Shown piece after piece: positions 60,228-64,000 of a DNA stretch of 64,000 nucleotides. The DNA comes from Macrostomum lignano (Eukaryota). The notes beneath the pieces are model-generated. The model did no database searches. It had not been told where the DNA came from and saw only the letters and a program-made list of their open reading frames with translations. The stretch is from assembly GCA_002269645.1 (NCBI GenBank), contig NIVC01000261.1, positions 62,001 through 126,000 on the forward strand, written 5' to 3'. Both the position numbers and the translations under genes were made by a program. The number at the start of each line of letters is the position of its first letter. Positions within the stretch are counted from its first letter, which is position 1.

Positions 60228-60657
60228 TATGGGGTGGGCGGACGCTAAAATTCTGCGCGTACACCAATTTTGGGATGGACAGTAAATATGGACAAGTAAT
60301 AATATGGACAGTTATGGGGTGGTAGGCGCTCTAATTCTGCCAATTTTGGGTATATGGACAGTTAATATGGACAGTTAATTCTGCGTACACCAATGCTGCA
60401 TTGTGTGGGGATGGGGGCGCGCGCGCTTCTGCGTACAACAACTGCGATGCGCTAATTATGCGTACTATATTGTACTCGTCGCTGCTGTACGATACACTGA
60501 TTACATGTATAGATTTTACATGAGAGCATAAATGTCTCACATAATGACTCTGGACCAATTAGAATCGGTCTAATGTATTTAGATAGGCGTTGAATTTGCA
60601 TTGGCTCTGACACCCACCTCACCTCCAAAATCAACCACAATCTACGTGTTACGTAGT
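60228..60657 (-). repeat. Right terminal inverted repeat (430 bp)
   Basis: Reverse complement of 50484-50912. Confidence 0.95.
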
Positions 60658-60866
60658 CGCCCCTCAGATGAAATAGCACCCCACAGATGAAATGGCACCC
60701 CCACAGATGAAATGGCACCCCCACAGATGAAATGGCACCCCCACAGATGAAATGGCACCCCCACAGATGAAATGGCATCCCCACAGATGAAATGGCACCC
60801 CCACAGATGAAATGGCACCCCCACAGATGAAATGGCACCCCCACAGATGAAATGGCGCCCTCTCAT
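60658..60866. repeat. 18-19-bp minisatellite, right part of the interrupted array
   Basis: Same unit and orientation as 50068-50483; begins with the TSD copy. Confidence 0.95.
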
Positions 60867-61539
60867 ATGAAACTATACAATACAACTACAAACTACACAA
60901 TTTTATCTCTCTTTCAATTTTTAGGTGAATAAACACCAAATTTCACATATACGAGTAGCAAAGCCTTCTTCTTAAGCCTGTCTGTGTGGCTTCGTTGGAC
61001 CATGCGTAAAAAACATGCAGTTATAGACTTGTTTTTGGGTTTTTTAATTGTTTTAATACTTCCACGGTTATGCAGTAAGTGATGTTTAGCGGGGTTGATG
61101 ATACTAATCGGATAGAGGGGTCTGTGGCCGGACTAGTGTTGAAAAGCGCTTGGAGTTCGGGACCGCACAAGCCTATAGTCTCCCATTTAACCGTCGGTGG
61201 GGGACACAACTTGATGCCATTATCCGAGTGCCTCTGGCGGAAGCTGGAGGGGCCATGAGGGGCTTACGTACCACAACTGGTGATGCTGATGATGAGGGGT
61301 AGAGAAGAGAACCTGTAGAAGCTATTCTCTATTCAAGGTGCTGTCATTAAAACTAAACGGTCGGTAAGTGGTGGATAGGCGGGGCGAGCTTGGGGCTTCA
61401 GCCCTGGTTTCGGGGCTGCCGGGTTTTTCGATCTTCCTGGCGGTTTGCCAAGAATTCTACATCCGAACTCAGTGTTGTTAGCACTACTAAGGGCCGGTAG
61501 ATCCGCCCTTTTTGGAGGTGGGGTGGGTGTCAACCCTCC

Positions 61540-61930
61540 TCGCCTCTCATTGGCTGGCGCGCGCGCCGCAGGCGCGTGGCGCCAAGCGCCATCCAGGCGC
61601 CAATCAGGCGCCCATGCCGCAGGCGCACCCTCCCGACATGTACCGACATGCCCACCCTCCCGATATGTACCCCGATATGTATGCCCTCCCTCCCGATATG
61701 TATGCCCTCCCTCCAGAGCAGCAGGCGCCCATGCCGCAGGCGCCCCAAACCGCAGGCACCCCGAGTGTACACTCTCCCGAGCCAAAGGTACACTCTCCCG
61801 AGCCAAATGTACACTCTCCCGAGCCAAAGGTACACTCTCCCGATATGTACACTCTCCCACTCTCCCGATATGGGTGTACACTCGCCCAATACAGGTGTAC
61901 ACTCTCCCGATATGTAGTCAACGATACGTA
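61540..61930. repeat. GC-rich short-repeat cluster (GGCGCC.., CCCGATATGTA, GTACACTCTCCCGA units)
   Basis: Several short tandem motifs. Confidence 0.7.
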
Positions 61931-62057
61931 CCCCGCAGGCACCCTATACCTCACGCCCTGCCCCCACCTAGCCTCTTCCCCTCTCTCAGCCACATCTCAA
62001 CTAGCGAAATCGAACCCAGGTCGCGCCCATACTAGGCCACTACACGGTTTGGGGGTA

Positions 62058-62250
62058 TAGGGAGCGAGAAGTTTTAACCCTGATGCTGACGCAGCCCTGT
62101 ACAGTGAGCGTGTACGGGCAGAGAGGGGTGGGGCGGACAGAGAACCAGCCACTAGGTTGTTATACTGTTGAAGCATAGGGAGCGAGAAGTTTTAACCCGA
62201 TGCTGACGCAGCCCTGTACAGTGAGCGTGTACGGGCAGAGGGTGGGTGGA
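62058..62250. repeat. Direct repeat of ~70 bp (TAGGGAGCGAGAAGTTTTAACCC..GTACGGGCAGAG) at ~62058 and ~62177
   Basis: Two near-identical copies read directly. Confidence 0.75.
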
Positions 62251-64000
62251 AAGAGATGTGAATAACACAGCCTGCTGCAGGAGCCGGATAGAGAGGCGCA
62301 TGCTAGGACAGAGAGACAGTGTGAGTCACACACACCCCCACAGAGAGAGCCGTACAGAGGATAGAGAGCTCCCTCCCCAGTTGCAGGGGACAGAGAGGCA
62401 GGCAGGGTATGCAGGGGCATGCGAACAGTCAAGGGGCCACGCGAGGATAGAGTGGAGGAGCAGAGATGTGTATGGACAGAGAGCAGGCCACGCGTGCGTA
62501 GTGTGAGGGAACAGAAACATATGGAGCAGGAGGGAGATAGGAAGCAAACGCGCAGGGTAAGGGAGCCACACAGGGCGGTACAGTGAGACACGGGCAGGGG
62601 TGGAGCCGTGCGTGGACAGAGCTGAACGGCATGGTCAGCTGCAGGAATAGGATGATAGAGAGGCGCGGATAGGAGGGACAGAGAGCAGTGTGCAGGGGTA
62701 GGCAGCCACGCGGGCAGGGGAACAGAGGCGCGTGTAGCCAGTTGCAGCCCGGGACAGAGAAGTGTGAAGGGGGCCTGGGACAGAGTTCCGAGCAAGGCAC
62801 AGAGAGGTAGGGTCCGGTAGCCATGTATAGACAGGGACCCACGCGAGGGCAGGACAGGGGAGTAGACATGCAAGTTGCATGCAAGGCCAGAGAGGTGTGC
62901 GCGGAGGGAGACAGAGAGCAGTGTGTAGGGGTAGGTAACAGCAAACTTTAGTAGAGGTGCGTGCGGGGACGGAGAAACCAGTCTGAGCGTACAGAGACGT
63001 TACAGAGAGGTACACAAACAGAGAACAAAGCGAGCAGAGCACATGTGTAGGCGCAGAGACGTGAGGGAGAATCGACCAAAACACGCTATGTATTATCAAA
63101 AGTTGGTTTTAGTGCAGCATATTTAATAGCGGGTAGTATAATAGTATGTACATAGTAGGTATAATGGTAGTAATAATAGTAAGTATATTAGCCCAAAAGG
63201 TAGGCTAAAACAGGCTAAACTGTGTGTACGCATCCTCATCACCCCACAAGCCCCTCTCCCGCCAGACTCACTCTTCCAAACCCTCCTGTATTGCTGTATG
63301 AAGGAAAATATAGTGTAAAAATACAGATCTTAACCGTCAGACCGCTGAAATCAGGGCACACTAGAGGGGGTTTCGGGGTCTGCATGCTCTATGTAAGCTG
63401 CTTGAGGAGGTTCCAAGGGCGTTGTGAGGGTTTCCATTATGTTTTGAAAAAAAACTAGGGGCTTAAATACAACGTTTTATTCAAAAAGTAGGTTATTTTA
63501 ATGAAATAGCTGACACAATCATTGTCGAGAGTAGAAATTTTTATAAGAAACCAGGCATTTTAGCAAAAATAAACCTTCAAACCACATAAAATTGAATAAA
63601 AAGCAGACATTTTTAATTATAAACCGCAAGTATTTTAATAGAAAAGTAAGCAAACAAGGCACAAAACCAGCAAATTTTACCTTTTTCATTTTAATGTTAC
63701 TGATAAGGTAGAGAGTAGAAACTTGTGAGCTGTACGGAGTTAGAAAGTATTAACCAATATGTATCGTATGAATTATTAGTTCAGTACCAGCCATTGGTCA
63801 AGCGAGCATTTATGAAGTTATTACGAGTGATGAGGGATAGAGAGCTATATACAGGAAGACAGTATCCTTCTAAACCACCACGAACAGATTGCTAATAGAG
63901 ATAAGCTTTGTCGGTAGGCAGTATGAGTAAGCGAAGGCGGGGTAAATACTTTTCCACATGCCAGACAGAACAGTATTGTGCTAGGATTTCTCTCGAAATC

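Larger units (their letters stand above)
50484..60657 (-). mobile_element. Polinton/Maverick-like (adintovirus-like) endogenous virus, 10,174 bp, lacking a DNA polymerase gene
   Basis: Termini ACTACGTAAC...GTTACGTAGT; ~430-bp TIRs; 6-bp TSD CGCCCC (50478-50483 and 60658-60663); integrase, ATPase, adenain, major and minor capsid genes. Confidence 0.95.

Noticed and set aside
61021-63099. Several 60-240-aa ORFs right of the element
   Set aside because: Low-complexity repeat translations on both strands, with no domain signatures

Overview
Eukaryotic (animal) genomic DNA: GC-rich exons separated by introns and spacers filled with many unrelated mini/microsatellites. The style resembles a free-living flatworm such as Macrostomum, which is my inference only. 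Host genes with phase-consistent GT-AG models: last exon of ZMYND10 (+), a TRMT10 tRNA methyltransferase (+), an 8-exon HECTD1 of about 2674 aa (+), a DUF2431/BMT5-like gene with one frameshift (-), and an 8-exon beta-ureidopropionase UPB1 of 387 aa (-). The main feature is a complete 10,174-bp Polinton/Maverick-like (adintovirus-like) integrated virus at 50484-60657. It has ~430-bp terminal inverted repeats and a 6-bp target-site duplication (CGCCCC), and sits inside a 19-bp minisatellite. All its genes are on the minus strand: packaging ATPase, adenain-type protease, major and minor capsid proteins, core/membrane-peptide precursors and a DDE integrase with chromodomain. It has no recognisable DNA polymerase or helicase. 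It does carry a divergent TATA-binding-protein (TBP)-like gene and a putative SSB, and nearly every gene is preceded by a TATAAATA/TATATAAG box. All homology calls are from motif recognition by eye and were not confirmed by database search.
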